Below are positions 38,642 through 48,528 of a stretch of DNA of 58,878 nucleotides, piece by piece. Source of the stretch: Deltaproteobacteria bacterium (GTDB lineage: Bacteria > Desulfobacterota > RBG-13-43-22); NCBI GenBank assembly GCA_016219065.1, contig JACRCK010000092.1, positions 1-58,878 on the forward strand, given 5' to 3'. The position numbers were made by a program, and so were the translations under genes. Position 1 is the first letter of the stretch, and each line of letters begins with the position of its first letter. A model generated the notes under the pieces. The model was not told the origin of the DNA. It did no database searches and worked only from the letters and a program-made list of their open reading frames with translations.

Positions 38642-39553
38642 TTACCTCCGGTCGAGCCGATAGCAGCTTCCGGATTCGGATTTGGCGGCTTTTTTCATTT
38701 CCGTGACCACAGCGGCCATACGACCGTAATGGTCGTAGGCCTTGGCGCGGTTGTCGGTTATGCCGATGGACAGGGTGATCAAGGGGAAGGTCCGTTCTCG
38801 ACCGCGCCGGGTGCGGGTCAGGATAAATCCCTGTTCCCGGTCCGGAGGGTCATAAAAAGTGGGGATGATCCGGTCGAAGGTCTCCAGAATCTCCTCCGCC
38901 GTTCCCTCCACCAGAGACGGTTCCATGATGAAGATGAAATCGTCGCCGCCGATATGTCCTACAAAGCTTTTTTGGGACTGTTTCTGCTTGACGATGTTCA
39001 GGATCAGCCGGCCTACCATCTTCAGGATCTCATCCCCCCGGCTGAAACCGTATTTATCGTTGAAGGGCTTGAAGTAATCGATATCCGCATAAGCCAGGGC
39101 AAAAATCTCCCCCTGGTCCAGTCGGCTCTGAATTTGCTTGGTAATGGTAATGTTACCGGGAAGACGGGTCAGCGGGTTGACCTCCACGTTCCGTTCGGCC
39201 CGGTGGATGCACAGCTCCGTCCGGGTTTTCAATTCCGTTTCCAGGGCCGAACGCCGCAGGTAGTCGTCCACTCGCAACTGTTCCCAACCCGGCAGGGAAT
39301 AAGCATCGTCCAGAACGGCCAATACCGGAATCTGACCGTAGATGGGATCGACTTTCAGATCGGAAAGGATCAGCAGCGTCACCGGATCGCCGGGCTGCAG
39401 GTCGATCAGGATCAGGTCCGGGATAGCATGATAAATATGGTCCAGCGAGGACTGGACCTGGTGAAACAGGACTGTTTGGAAGACCGGGCTCAGCACCTGA
39501 TCCACCAGACTGGCGAGCACCATGTCTCCGGTCACTACCACGATCGTCTTCAT
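38642..39553 (-). CDS. Receiver-like domain plus GGDEF diguanylate cyclase domain (GGDDF variant)
   Basis: 303 aa with an N-terminal CheY-like fold (IVVVTGD...LILIDL), then NPLTRLPGN...GHIGGDDFIFIM. Confidence 0.8.
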   Translation of the reverse strand: MKTIVVVTGDMVLASLVDQVLSPVFQTVLFHQVQSSLDHIYHAIPDLILIDLQPGDPVTLLILSDLKVDPIYGQIPVLAVLDDAYSLPGWEQLRVDDYLRRSALETELKTRTELCIHRAERNVEVNPLTRLPGNITITKQIQSRLDQGEIFALAYADIDYFKPFNDKYGFSRGDEILKMVGRLILNIVKQKQSQKSFVGHIGGDDFIFIMEPSLVEGTAEEILETFDRIIPTFYDPPDREQGFILTRTRRGRERTFPLITLSIGITDNRAKAYDHYGRMAAVVTEMKKAAKSESGSCYRLDRR

Positions 39554-39556
39554 GAC

Positions 39557-40399
39557 TCATTCCAAAACCAGGAAATCGACCACCATTTCCAGCGAATCTT
39601 CCAGTTCGTTGAGGATCCCCCTCAGGTCCTGGTCGGAAAGGTTCAGCAGCTCCCAGGCTTGGGGATTGAGGGCCGGCACAAACGGATCCCCGGCATAGCC
39701 GAACCCCCGGGCCCGGACCAGAATATCGGACAAGTGAACGATGGCCGTCATCAGCGGGGCCTGGCGGGCAAGGTGGGGCTGGTGATGGCAGTCGATGATT
39801 TCCACCAGACCGGGGGGGAAATGCCAGCGTTGGGCAACCCAACCGCCGATCTCGGCGTGGGTCACTCCAAAATAATCCCGCTCGCCCTCCAAGACAAACC
39901 GCTGCTCTTTCTCGACGATCTGCCGGATCTGACGATATTCCTGGGGAAATTTGAGACCGAGGATCACTTTACCGATGTCGTGTAGCAGGGCCGCTACCGC
40001 CACCTCTTCGGGTTCTTTCAGGCCAATCTTTTGGGCAATTAATCGGGCGGCCGTGGCGCAGCCCACCGAGTGTTCCCAGAGTCCTGCCATCGCTTTTTTC
40101 ATGGCCTCAAATACCGAAACTCCCAGCAGCAGTCCTCGGACCACATTCAATCCCAACAAAACCAGGGACTGGTTGATGGTGGCGATCCGGCCGGGGAAAC
40201 CGTAGATCGGGGAATTGACCGCCCGCAGTATCCGCGTGGTCAGAACCGGGTCGCTGGAGATGAAGCTGCCGATTTCCTTCAGGGAAACCCTGGGATTTTC
40301 GATGACCTTCAGAAGTTTGTTCAGAATCCCGGGCAGGGTGGGCAGGGACTCGATGTTTTCGATTTCCCGGAGCAGGGTTTTATAATCCATGGCTGGCAT
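39557..40399 (-). CDS. HDOD domain protein
   Basis: 280 aa with LPTLPGILNKLLKVIENPRVSLKEIGSFISSDPVLTTRILRAVNSPIYG and LLHDIGK. Confidence 0.9.
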   Translation of the reverse strand: MPAMDYKTLLREIENIESLPTLPGILNKLLKVIENPRVSLKEIGSFISSDPVLTTRILRAVNSPIYGFPGRIATINQSLVLLGLNVVRGLLLGVSVFEAMKKAMAGLWEHSVGCATAARLIAQKIGLKEPEEVAVAALLHDIGKVILGLKFPQEYRQIRQIVEKEQRFVLEGERDYFGVTHAEIGGWVAQRWHFPPGLVEIIDCHHQPHLARQAPLMTAIVHLSDILVRARGFGYAGDPFVPALNPQAWELLNLSDQDLRGILNELEDSLEMVVDFLVLE

Positions 40400-40688
40400 A
40401 CAGGGCGGCCAAATGTTCCTGGATCAGGCGCTTCAAAGTCGCCATCTGGGGTTCGTTTTCCGTTTTTTTAAACCGGGAGTCCAGTTCCGCCAGTAGTTCT
40501 TCCAAAGGTCGATCCAGCCGGCTCTCTCCGCGGACATAGACGCTCTCCACCTCCATCCGCTGCAATCGGCCGATTAATTCCTCATTCAGTTCCGTACCCC
40601 CAGCGAGCAAAACCACCCCGCTGGAGTTGGTTACGGGTTTTAGAAGCTTCATCCCCGGCTTCAGATCGTGGAGGTACAATTTGGGCAT
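40380..40688 (-). CDS. Small hypothetical protein upstream of the HDOD gene
   Basis: Internal Met of ORF 40380..40838 (MPKLYLHDLKPGMKLLKPVTNSSGVVLLAGGTELNEELIGRLQRMEV...). It overlaps the HDOD start by 20 nt. Confidence 0.55.
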   Translation of the reverse strand: MPKLYLHDLKPGMKLLKPVTNSSGVVLLAGGTELNEELIGRLQRMEVESVYVRGESRLDRPLEELLAELDSRFKKTENEPQMATLKRLIQEHLAALYASHGL

Positions 40689-40836
40689 AATGGGTCTCCA
40701 AAAACGAAAATCCGGTTGAATTATAGCACAAACGCTTTCCGGCCCTAAACAAATATCGCCCCTGGAACCGGCCGGACAGCCTCCTTCCGGATAAAAGTCT
40801 TGGGAATCGATCCGCTGTTTGTTAAGATCAACTCCC

Positions 40837-42066
40837 ATGGGCTATTACCACAAAGTCTGGCTGGTGCTGATCTTCGGCTGGATCACCAACTACCTGGTCC
40901 GAGCCGCCCTGTCGCCGGTATTGATACCCCTGATGCAGGAATTTTCCCTGACCTATTCCCAGGCCGGTCTGCTGGCCAGCGCCTTCTTTTACGCCTACGC
41001 CCTGATGCAGTTCCCCGCTGGCTACCTGGGAGACCGCCTGGGGAAAAAACGGATCCTGATCCTTTGCTCCTTGGGTTGGGGAATCGCCTCCCTGGGCACG
41101 GCGTTCGCCGCCTCGGTGGCCCTGCTCTTTTTTTTCCGTTTTCTGACCGGCATCGCCGAGGGGACCTATTTCAGCAACGACCGGCCGATCATTGCCTATT
41201 ACACCCCCAAGGAAAAGGCGGGAGTCGGACAGGGGATCTCCTTCATGGGCCTGGGCCTGGGGCTGTTCCTGGGCATCCTGCTGGCCGGCTGGATCTCGGA
41301 CCTCTGGGGCTGGCGGGCCGTATTCGTGCTTTTCTCGCTGCCGGCTTTCCTGGCGTCCTTCCTGATCTTCCGGATCATTAAAGAGCCGCCCCGGGATCCC
41401 GCCCTGCTCGAATCCGCCGGCCGCCTGCCCGTCTCCTGGATATTCAAGCACCGGGATTTATGGCTCCTTTACCTGGGCGGCATCCCCGGCGTTTACGCCC
41501 TATGGATGATCGGGTCCTGGGCCCCGGCCATGCTCCAGGAAATCGGGGTCGGCACCGTAGCCGGCGCTTCCCTGTACTCCAGCCTCCTGGGGCTTTCGGC
41601 AGTCCCGGGCCTGATCCTGACCGGCCTGATCAGCGACCGCTTGGCCTGCCGGGGAAGGGGGCGTAAGGGATTGATCGCCGCCGAGTTTCTGGGCATCGCC
41701 ATTTTTCTGGCCCTTTTCGGCTGGGGGATTCAGGAGCGCTGGGCGGCCTGGGTCATGGGCGGGCTGATTTTCATTATCGGCTGTTTCGTTTGGGGCCATT
41801 GGGCCGCCTATTACTCCCTGATCCCCGAAATGGTGCCCCCGGCTATCCTGGGGACGGTCTTCGGCTTCACCAATTCGATCCACTTCATCGGCGGCCTCCT
41901 GGCCCCCTGGCTGACCGGACTGATCAAGGACCAGACCGCCTCCTTCGCCTCCGCCTGCTACGCCGCTTCCATGTTTGCCTTGCTCGGGGGCTTGATCATT
42001 TTTTCGGTCAGGCCCGCCTTCCGCTGCCGCCGGGAAATCCCGGTTACCTTTCAAAATATTCCTTAA
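40837..42066 (+). CDS. MFS transporter
   Basis: ATG at 40837 (MGYYHKVWLVLIFGW...), about 12 TM segments, and GYLGDRLGKKR after TM2. Confidence 0.9.
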   Translation: MGYYHKVWLVLIFGWITNYLVRAALSPVLIPLMQEFSLTYSQAGLLASAFFYAYALMQFPAGYLGDRLGKKRILILCSLGWGIASLGTAFAASVALLFFFRFLTGIAEGTYFSNDRPIIAYYTPKEKAGVGQGISFMGLGLGLFLGILLAGWISDLWGWRAVFVLFSLPAFLASFLIFRIIKEPPRDPALLESAGRLPVSWIFKHRDLWLLYLGGIPGVYALWMIGSWAPAMLQEIGVGTVAGASLYSSLLGLSAVPGLILTGLISDRLACRGRGRKGLIAAEFLGIAIFLALFGWGIQERWAAWVMGGLIFIIGCFVWGHWAAYYSLIPEMVPPAILGTVFGFTNSIHFIGGLLAPWLTGLIKDQTASFASACYAASMFALLGGLIIFSVRPAFRCRREIPVTFQNIP

Positions 42067-42076
42067 AATATTTCCT

Positions 42077-42106
42077 TTGACATTTTTCTATTGAGGTGAT
42101 TATAAT
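42077..42106 (+). promoter_or_regulatory. Sigma70-type promoter of the cobalamin operon
   Basis: TTGACA (42077-42082), 18 nt spacer, TATAAT (42101-42106). Confidence 0.6.
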
Positions 42107-42114
42107 TTTAACTT

Positions 42115-42290
42115 GGCAATCCTGGGTGGTCCTTTTAGGACCTGAAAGGGAAGCTGGTGTAAATCCAGCACGGACCCGCCGCTGTGACCGGGGACGAAAG
42201 CCGCCTCAGCCACTGTTCGGTACCCGTTGAATGGGAAGGCGCGGCGAGTAGGTCGATCCGGAAGTCAGAAGACCTGCCCAGTGGAAAAAC
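42115..42290 (+). promoter_or_regulatory. Cobalamin (AdoCbl) riboswitch aptamer
   Basis: GGGAAGCTGGTGTAAATCCAGCACGGACCCGCCGCTGTGA core, GCCACTG, GGGAAGGC, and B12 box AGTCAGAAGACCTGCC (42263-42278). It lies directly upstream of B12 biosynthesis genes. Confidence 0.85.
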
Positions 42291-42340
42291 TTTGTACCCT
42301 CGCGGAAAAGGGTTGCCTTATTACGAGGATAGAAAACGGT

Positions 42341-42382
42341 ATCCCCGAAGCGCCAGTAATCGGCTTCGGGGATTTTTATTTT
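42341..42382 (+). terminator. Intrinsic terminator (riboswitch expression platform)
   Basis: CCCCGAAGC-N11-GCTTCGGGG followed by ATTTTTATTTT, 32 nt before the cobD-cobQ start. Confidence 0.8.
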
Positions 42383-42413
42383 CTTCGAAAATAAAAATGA
42401 AAGTCGGACAATC

Positions 42414-44996
42414 ATGTCAGGCATCAATTTTCGACACGGTGGAAACATAATCAAACTAGCCCGGGAGGCGGGGCTGGAACAGGGGAACCTGCTGGATTTC
42501 TCGGCCAATATCAATCCCCTGGGACCACCCGACTGGTTCCGTCCCCTGGTCAGCTCCCGGTTGAGTTCCCTGGTCCACTACCCGGATCCGGATTGTTCCC
42601 GGCTGCTGGAAATCATGGCCCGCCGGTTTCAGGTTGACCCGCAAGAGATTTTAATCGGCAATGGCTCCACCGAGCTCCTGTATCTGCTTCCCCGGGTGCT
42701 GCCCGTGTCCCGGGCCCTGATCGCGGTCCCGGCTTACGTGGACTACGCGAAGGCCCTGCACCTGGCCGGGCTGGCCGTTCATTACCATGATCAAAAAGAA
42801 AAAAACGGCTTCCGCCTGGTAGTGTCCGATTTGGAATCCGGGTTGACCGGCGGCGAGTTGGTAGTCCTGGGCCAGCCCAACAACCCCACGGGATTGGCCG
42901 TGGATCCGCAGGAAATCCGGTCCCTGGCCGGCCGCCATCCGGAAACGTTTTTTCTGGTGGACGAGGCCTTTGCCGATTTTGTCGATAACCTGGAGAGCCT
43001 GGCCGGCCGCCGCCCCCCCAACGTCATCGTTCTGCAGTCCTTCACCAAGTTTTACGCCATCCCGGGCCTGCGCCTCGGCGCCGCCGTCCTGACTCCCACC
43101 TGGGCCGAGAAGGTGCGGGAGGTCCTCCCCCCCTGGTCGGTCAATACCCTGGCTCAGCAGGTGGGTGAAGCCGCCCTGCAGGACCTGGAATACGGTCACC
43201 AAACCAGACGGCTGGTCCGGGAACAACGCGGGCTTTTGAGCGGCCTGCTGTCCGGTCTTCCCCAACTGACGGTATATCCGGGAGAAGCCAATTTTCTTTT
43301 CCTGCGCCTCGATCATCCGGTCCTCACGGCCCGGGACCTGGCGCAAAGGTTGCTGACCCAGGGCCTGGCCATACGGGTCTGCGACAATTATGAAGGCCTG
43401 GACGAACGCTTCTTCCGAGTGGCGGTGCGCACCGCAAACGAAAACCGGCGTCTGGCCGCGGTCTTGGAGGCGGTGTTGACAGCCCGCCCGGTTCCCAAGG
43501 TAACCCGGCAAAAGACACCGGCCCTCATGTTTCAGGGCACCAGCTCCAATGCCGGCAAGAGCTTGCTGACGGCTGCCCTGTGCCGGATCCTGCTCCAGGA
43601 CGGGTATCGGGTGGCGCCCTTTAAGTCCCAGAACATGTCCCTCAATTCGTTCGTGACCCAAGACGGCGGCGAGATGGGCCGGGCCCAGGTGGTCCAGGCC
43701 CAGGCCAGCCGCCTGGACCCGGACGTGCGCATGAATCCGGTGCTGCTCAAACCCTCGAGCGATACCGGGGCCCAGGTGATCGTTCTCGGCCGGCCGGTGG
43801 GCAACATGGACGTCAACCAATATATCGACTACAAGCCGCAGGCCTTCGCCCAAGCCCGGGCGGCCTACGATTCCCTGGCCCGGGAATTCGACGTCATCGT
43901 CCTGGAAGGGGCCGGAAGCCCGGCCGAGGTGAACCTCAAGCACCACGACATCGTCAACATGCGCATGGCCGAATACGCCGAGGCCCCGGTCCTGCTGGTG
44001 GGGGACATCGACCGCGGCGGGGTCTTCGCCTCCTTTATCGGGACCCTGGAAGTCCTGGCCGAATGGGAAAGGCGACTGCTGGCCGGTTTTATCGTCAACC
44101 GTTTCCGGGGTCAGGAGGAACTGCTGGAGCCGGCCTTTCGCTATACCGAACGGCACACCGGCCTGCCGGTGCTGGGCACGGTCCCTTACCTGAAGGATCA
44201 CGGTCTCCCGGAGGAGGATTCGGTCAGCTATAAAAGCGGGGCCTTTGATCGCTCCGAAGACCGGGAAGCCGGTATCGAAATCGCCCTGATCGACCTGCCC
44301 CATATCTCCAATTTCACCGATTTCGATGCCCTGCGGATAGAGCCCGATGTACACTTACGCATCGTCCGCTCCCCGGCGGATCTGAATCAGCCGGACGCGG
44401 TGATCCTCCCGGGGAGCAAGAACGTCATCGGCGATCTGCTTTACTTGCGGGAAAGCGGCCTGGATCGCCGGCTGAACCGGTTGGCCGAAGAAGGCCGGAC
44501 CGAGATCGTGGGGGTCTGCGGGGGCTTTCAACTATTAGGCCGGGAAATCGCCGATCCGTACGGTATTGAATCCGGGGGACGGACCCTCGAGGGCTTGGGA
44601 CTGCTGCCGGTCTCCACCATCCTGGAAAAGGAAAAGACTCTGGAACGGGTCCAAGCCCGGCATCTGCCCACCGGCCTCCCTATCTTCGGGTACGAAATCC
44701 ATCACGGGCGGACCGAAGGCCAGGGACTTACGCCCATCGTGCAACGGGAGGATGGGGAAACCATCGGCCTCGGCCGGGAAAACGGCCGGATCTGGGGCAC
44801 CTACCTGCACGGGGCTTTTGACGCGGATGCCTTCCGCCGCTGGTTCATCGACCGCCTGCGGAGCCGCCGCGGCCTGGAAGCGGTGGGGGCGATCCGCGCC
44901 GTTTACGATTTGGAACCGGCCCTGGATCGTCTGGCCGATGCCGTCCGCAGGAGCCTGCAGATGAAAACGATTTATAAGCTGATGGGGCTGAAGTGA
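42414..44996 (+). CDS. cobQ: Fusion protein: threonine-phosphate decarboxylase (CobD, aminotransferase fold) plus cobyric acid synthase (CobQ/CbiP)
   Basis: 860 aa. N-terminal ~360 aa: [13 protein letters not shown]...[14 protein letters not shown]...[15 protein letters not shown]-terminal ~500 aa: [21 protein letters not shown]...[12 protein letters not shown]...GAT domain VCGGFQLLG...YEIHHG. Confidence 0.9.
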   Translation: MSGINFRHGGNIIKLAREAGLEQGNLLDFSANINPLGPPDWFRPLVSSRLSSLVHYPDPDCSRLLEIMARRFQVDPQEILIGNGSTELLYLLPRVLPVSRALIAVPAYVDYAKALHLAGLAVHYHDQKEKNGFRLVVSDLESGLTGGELVVLGQPNNPTGLAVDPQEIRSLAGRHPETFFLVDEAFADFVDNLESLAGRRPPNVIVLQSFTKFYAIPGLRLGAAVLTPTWAEKVREVLPPWSVNTLAQQVGEAALQDLEYGHQTRRLVREQRGLLSGLLSGLPQLTVYPGEANFLFLRLDHPVLTARDLAQRLLTQGLAIRVCDNYEGLDERFFRVAVRTANENRRLAAVLEAVLTARPVPKVTRQKTPALMFQGTSSNAGKSLLTAALCRILLQDGYRVAPFKSQNMSLNSFVTQDGGEMGRAQVVQAQASRLDPDVRMNPVLLKPSSDTGAQVIVLGRPVGNMDVNQYIDYKPQAFAQARAAYDSLAREFDVIVLEGAGSPAEVNLKHHDIVNMRMAEYAEAPVLLVGDIDRGGVFASFIGTLEVLAEWERRLLAGFIVNRFRGQEELLEPAFRYTERHTGLPVLGTVPYLKDHGLPEEDSVSYKSGAFDRSEDREAGIEIALIDLPHISNFTDFDALRIEPDVHLRIVRSPADLNQPDAVILPGSKNVIGDLLYLRESGLDRRLNRLAEEGRTEIVGVCGGFQLLGREIADPYGIESGGRTLEGLGLLPVSTILEKEKTLERVQARHLPTGLPIFGYEIHHGRTEGQGLTPIVQREDGETIGLGRENGRIWGTYLHGAFDADAFRRWFIDRLRSRRGLEAVGAIRAVYDLEPALDRLADAVRRSLQMKTIYKLMGLK

Positions 44997-45052
44997 ATTA
45001 CGACCAAGGAATAGAAGGCTAAATTCGAAACTCGGATTTCGGATTTTACTTT

Positions 45053-45613
45053 TTGATGCATATGAAACCAGACCATCCGGACCTAAACCATATTCCCGGA
45101 CGCCTGCTCATCTTCACGGGAGACGGCAAAGGCAAAACCACGGCCGCTTTGGGCATGGCCCTGCGGGCCGGCGGGCACGGCCAAAAGGTCCTGATCCTGC
45201 AATTCATCAAGGCCAACCAGTACAGCGGGGAGCTGGCGGCCCTGAGGCTGCTCCCGGGGGTCGAATTGGTGCAGATGGGCCTGGGTTTCGTAGTTCCCCC
45301 CGATGACCCCCGCTTTGGGGAACACCGCCGCAGGGCCGAGGAAGCCCTGGAACGCGCAGCCGAGGCCCTGCGTTCAGGCGTCTATGACCTCGTCATCCTG
45401 GACGAGATCATCACCGCCGTTACGAAAAACCTCCTGCCCGAAGAAAAGGTTGCAGCCGCCCTCCGCCGGCGGAACGGGAACGGTGTGCTGGTCCTCACGG
45501 GCCGGGGGGCCGGGCCGGGGCTGCTGGCCCTGGCCGATACCGTGACCGAGATGAAAAATGTCAAACACGGCCTCCAGACCGGCTGGAAGGCCCAGGAAGG
45601 GGTGGAATTTTGA
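45053..45613 (+). CDS. cobO: Cob(I)yrinic acid a,c-diamide adenosyltransferase (CobO/BtuR type)
   Basis: 186 aa with IFTGDGKGKTTAALGMALRAGGHG, LQFIKA and LVILDEI. The start is ambiguous (TTG 45053, ATG 45056 or 45062). Confidence 0.9.
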   Translation: MMHMKPDHPDLNHIPGRLLIFTGDGKGKTTAALGMALRAGGHGQKVLILQFIKANQYSGELAALRLLPGVELVQMGLGFVVPPDDPRFGEHRRRAEEALERAAEALRSGVYDLVILDEIITAVTKNLLPEEKVAAALRRRNGNGVLVLTGRGAGPGLLALADTVTEMKNVKHGLQTGWKAQEGVEF

Positions 45614-47001
45614 GCAGCCCCCTGCCCCGGGTGGTAATCGCCGGCACCCAGAGCGGCGTGGGCAAAACCTCGGTCAGCCTGGCCCTGGTGGCGGCCCTGA
45701 GGCGGCGGGGCTTGAAGGTGCAAACCTTTAAGGTGGGCCCGGATTTTCTGGACCCCTCCCACTTGGCCCGCGCCTCGGGTCGGCCCTGTTATAATCTGGA
45801 CGGCTGGATGACCGACCGCAACTACGTCCGGCAGCTTTTTGATCGGGTGACCCGGGACGCCGACCTGGCCGTGGTGGACGGGGTCATGGGCCTTTTTGAC
45901 GGCGCCGATCCGGCCGCCAACGAAGGCAGCACCGCGGAGATCGCCTGCTGGCTGGAGGCCCCGGTGCTGCTGGTGGTCAACGCCCACGGGCTGGCCCGCA
46001 GTATCGCCGCCCTGGTCAAGGGTTACGCCGAGTTTGATCCGCGGATCCGGGTAGCCGGGGTCATTGCCAACCGCTCCGGCAGCGACCGGCACCGGAAATG
46101 GCTAGCTGCTGCCCTCGCCGCTGCCGGGGGACCTCCCCTGCTGGGGGCCATCCCCCGGGGGGCTTTCCCCGACCTCCCCAGCCGGCACCTGGGACTGGTC
46201 ACCGCCGACGCCCAGAATCTTTCGGAGTCCATCCTGGAGCAACTGGGCTCCGTCTTGGAAAAAGCGGTCAACCTGGAGGGCCTCATCGAAAAGGCCCGTC
46301 AGGCGCCCGCGCTGGCGCCCCCGCGCCGGTTCCCGGCGCCGGAAATGATAAACCCAGCGGTCCGGATCGGCCTGGCCCGGGACCCGGCTTTTCATTTTTA
46401 TTATCCGGACAATCTGGATGCCCTGGCGGAACGGGGGGTGGTCTGGGTACCCTTCTCCCCTCTGGTCGAACCGGACTTGCCTTCCGACCTGGATGCTTTA
46501 TACTTGGGCGGAGGATATCCCGAAGAATTCGCGGCGGCCTTATCGGAAAACCGGCTCCTGGTCGAAGCGATTCGCCGCTTTGCCGCCTCCGGAAAACCGC
46601 TGTACGCCGAATGCGGCGGGTTGATGTATTTAAGTCAAGGAATTGAAACCCGGGACGGCGGGAAATTTCCCCTGGTGGGGCTGTTGCCGATCTGGACCCG
46701 CATGCTGGAACGGTTGAAAACCCTGGGTTATGTGGAGGTCCGCCTCGACCGGACCGGGCCCTGGGGCCTTCCGGGGACCACCCTGCGGGGGCACGAGTTC
46801 CATTATTCCGAACCGGTCCGGGAACCGGACGCTGCGGAAGGCTGGCAGCGGGCCTACCATTTGAAACGACGCCGGTCCAACCGGGAGGAACGGGAAGGAT
46901 ATCAACGGGACCGGATCCTGGCCAGCTATGTCCATCTCCATTGGGCCTCCCGTCCGGAAGCGGCGGCGGCCCTGATCCAATATTGCGGAGCAACCTCATG
47001 A
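45610..47001 (+). CDS. cbiA: Cobyrinate a,c-diamide synthase
   Basis: 463 aa with VIAGTQSGVGKTSVSLAL, FKVGPDFLDP, and GAT domain YAECGGLMYL...GHEFHYS. The TTG start overlaps the cobO stop. Confidence 0.9.
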   Translation: MSSPLPRVVIAGTQSGVGKTSVSLALVAALRRRGLKVQTFKVGPDFLDPSHLARASGRPCYNLDGWMTDRNYVRQLFDRVTRDADLAVVDGVMGLFDGADPAANEGSTAEIACWLEAPVLLVVNAHGLARSIAALVKGYAEFDPRIRVAGVIANRSGSDRHRKWLAAALAAAGGPPLLGAIPRGAFPDLPSRHLGLVTADAQNLSESILEQLGSVLEKAVNLEGLIEKARQAPALAPPRRFPAPEMINPAVRIGLARDPAFHFYYPDNLDALAERGVVWVPFSPLVEPDLPSDLDALYLGGGYPEEFAAALSENRLLVEAIRRFAASGKPLYAECGGLMYLSQGIETRDGGKFPLVGLLPIWTRMLERLKTLGYVEVRLDRTGPWGLPGTTLRGHEFHYSEPVREPDAAEGWQRAYHLKRRRSNREEREGYQRDRILASYVHLHWASRPEAAAALIQYCGATS

Positions 47002-47708
47002 GTTTTGACCAACCGACCGAACCCTCGGACCCGAAGAATCGCCGGCCCGTCATCCAGGATTTCCTGGAGGCCCCCTGCAACGGGGAAGAAATCGAGGCCC
47101 GGTCTTTCGCCGTCATCGATCGCGAGGCCCCGGCCCATTCTTTCAACCCCGAGGAGTGGGAAGTCGTGCGGCGCATGATCCATACGGTCGGCGATTTTTC
47201 GATTATTTCCGACATCCGCTTTTCCCCCGGCGTCCTTCCGGCGGCCCGGGAGGCCCTGAGCCGGGGCAGTCTGATTTATTGCGATTCCAACATGATCCGC
47301 TCCGGCTTGTCCCTGGCCCGGCTGCGTCGGGTCCATTCCGGGTACGGGCCGGAAAAGATCGTCTGTTACGTGGCCGACGAGGGGGTGGCCACCGAAGCCC
47401 GGGAAACAGACCTGCCCCGTTCGCTGCTGGGTATGCGCAAGGCCCGGAACCTGTTGAACGGCGCCATCGCCGTTTTCGGCAACGCCCCCCTCGCCCTGCT
47501 GGAATTGAACCGGATGATCCTGGAAGAAGGGCTGAAGCCGGCCCTGGTTGTCGGCCTGCCGGTGGGCTTCGTCCATGTCGTGGAGAGCAAGGAGGAACTG
47601 CTGACCTTGCCCGTACCCCATATCGTTATGTCCGGCCGGCGCGGCGGCAGCCCTCTGGCCGTCAGCGTGATCCATGCGCTGTGCACGCTGGCCCAAAGGC
47701 GGGAATGA
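46998..47708 (+). CDS. cbiC: Cobalt-precorrin-8 methylmutase
   Basis: The ATG overlaps the cbiA stop (ATGA). Contains EIEARSFAVID...RMIHTVGDFS...VFGNAPLALLEL. Confidence 0.9.
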   Translation: MSFDQPTEPSDPKNRRPVIQDFLEAPCNGEEIEARSFAVIDREAPAHSFNPEEWEVVRRMIHTVGDFSIISDIRFSPGVLPAAREALSRGSLIYCDSNMIRSGLSLARLRRVHSGYGPEKIVCYVADEGVATEARETDLPRSLLGMRKARNLLNGAIAVFGNAPLALLELNRMILEEGLKPALVVGLPVGFVHVVESKEELLTLPVPHIVMSGRRGGSPLAVSVIHALCTLAQRRE

Positions 47709-47711
47709 AAA

Positions 47712-47752
47712 TACAATAATTAATAATCAATTGTTAATTATTAATTATTAAC
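47712..47752. repeat. Family C AT-rich array, copy C4
   Basis: ATACAATAATTAATAATCAATTGTTAATTATTAATTATTAA, immediately after the cbiC stop. Confidence 0.8.
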
Positions 47753-47761
47753 GAAAAGGTT

Positions 47762-47900
47762 AAGTTCGGTTGTTCGTAGGGTCGGCGTCCCCGCCGACCG
47801 CTCGGCCTTCCGGGGCGGGATGGAGTCCCCAATCTTACCGGGGAGACCCAAGCCGTCATTCCCCTTACCGGGCCGGCGGGCGAGACGCCCGCCCTACGTC
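47762..47900. repeat. Family G-type long GC-rich hairpin adjoining A6
   Basis: It starts CGTAGGGTCGGCGTCCCCGCCGACC and ends GGCGGGCGAGACGCCCGCCCTACG. The termini are complementary. Confidence 0.7.
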
Positions 47901-47903
47901 TTT

Positions 47904-47950
47904 AAATTCGATGTTGGACGTTGAATGTTCGATGTTGGACGTTCATCTTT
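47904..47950 (+). repeat. Family A heptamer array, copy A6
   Basis: AAATTCGATGTTGGACGTTGAATGTTCGATGTTGGACGTTCATCTTT. 44/47 identical to the reverse complement of A7. Confidence 0.9.
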
Positions 47951-47972
47951 CGTACTAAAGTAGGGGAAAAGC

Positions 47973-48518
47973 ATGAAAGAGAAAGCAACTAGCACGCCCT
48001 CCCAGACCAACGGCCTGGAGGCCATCATCCTGCTGGGACACGGCAGCCGGGTCCCCCAGGCCGGAAAAGACATGACCCGGGTGGCCGAAAGGCTGAAGGA
48101 AAAATACGGCTATCCCCTGGTGGAAATCTGCTTCATGTCCCGCCTGGGGCCTCATTTTCCCGAAACCCTGGCCCGCTGTGTCCGACAGGGGGCCGGCCGC
48201 GTGGTGGTGATCCCTTATTTCCTCCACACCGGTCTTCATATCCTGCTGGATATACCGGAGATGCTACAGGAAGAGGCGAGAAAATACCCCCAGGTGGAAT
48301 TGATTTTCGGCCGGAGCCTGGGCTTTGACGAATCGCTGGTGGACTTGGTCAACCACTGCATCCGGGCCTCCGCCGCTTGCGATGACGTACGGGAAATGGT
48401 GCTGCCGCCCAAGGAAAAGTTTCCCATCCCCCCCGGCCAGGCCGAATTCGTTCCCATGGCCCCCGAGGAAGCGGCGGAATACCGCAAGAACGGCAACAAC
48501 GGACAACAACCGCATTAG
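47973..48518 (+). CDS. cbiX: Sirohydrochlorin cobaltochelatase, small CbiX type
   Basis: 181 aa with AIILLGHGSRVPQAGKDM...VVVIPYFLHTGLHILLDIPE. N- and C-terminal extensions relative to minimal CbiX(S). Confidence 0.8.
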   Translation: MKEKATSTPSQTNGLEAIILLGHGSRVPQAGKDMTRVAERLKEKYGYPLVEICFMSRLGPHFPETLARCVRQGAGRVVVIPYFLHTGLHILLDIPEMLQEEARKYPQVELIFGRSLGFDESLVDLVNHCIRASAACDDVREMVLPPKEKFPIPPGQAEFVPMAPEEAAEYRKNGNNGQQPH

Positions 48519-48528
48519 GAAAAACGGG

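Noticed and set aside
42651-44354. 567-aa minus-strand ORF opposite cobD-cobQ. The same class includes 6456..7532, 11819..12928, 16157..17797, 19640..20881, 24601..25572, 38729..39985, 45382..46092, 46283..47215, 50336..51259 and 51325..52098.
   Set aside because: All overlap strongly supported genes on the other strand or frame and have Arg/Gly/Pro-biased, motif-free translations. They are GC-driven shadow ORFs.
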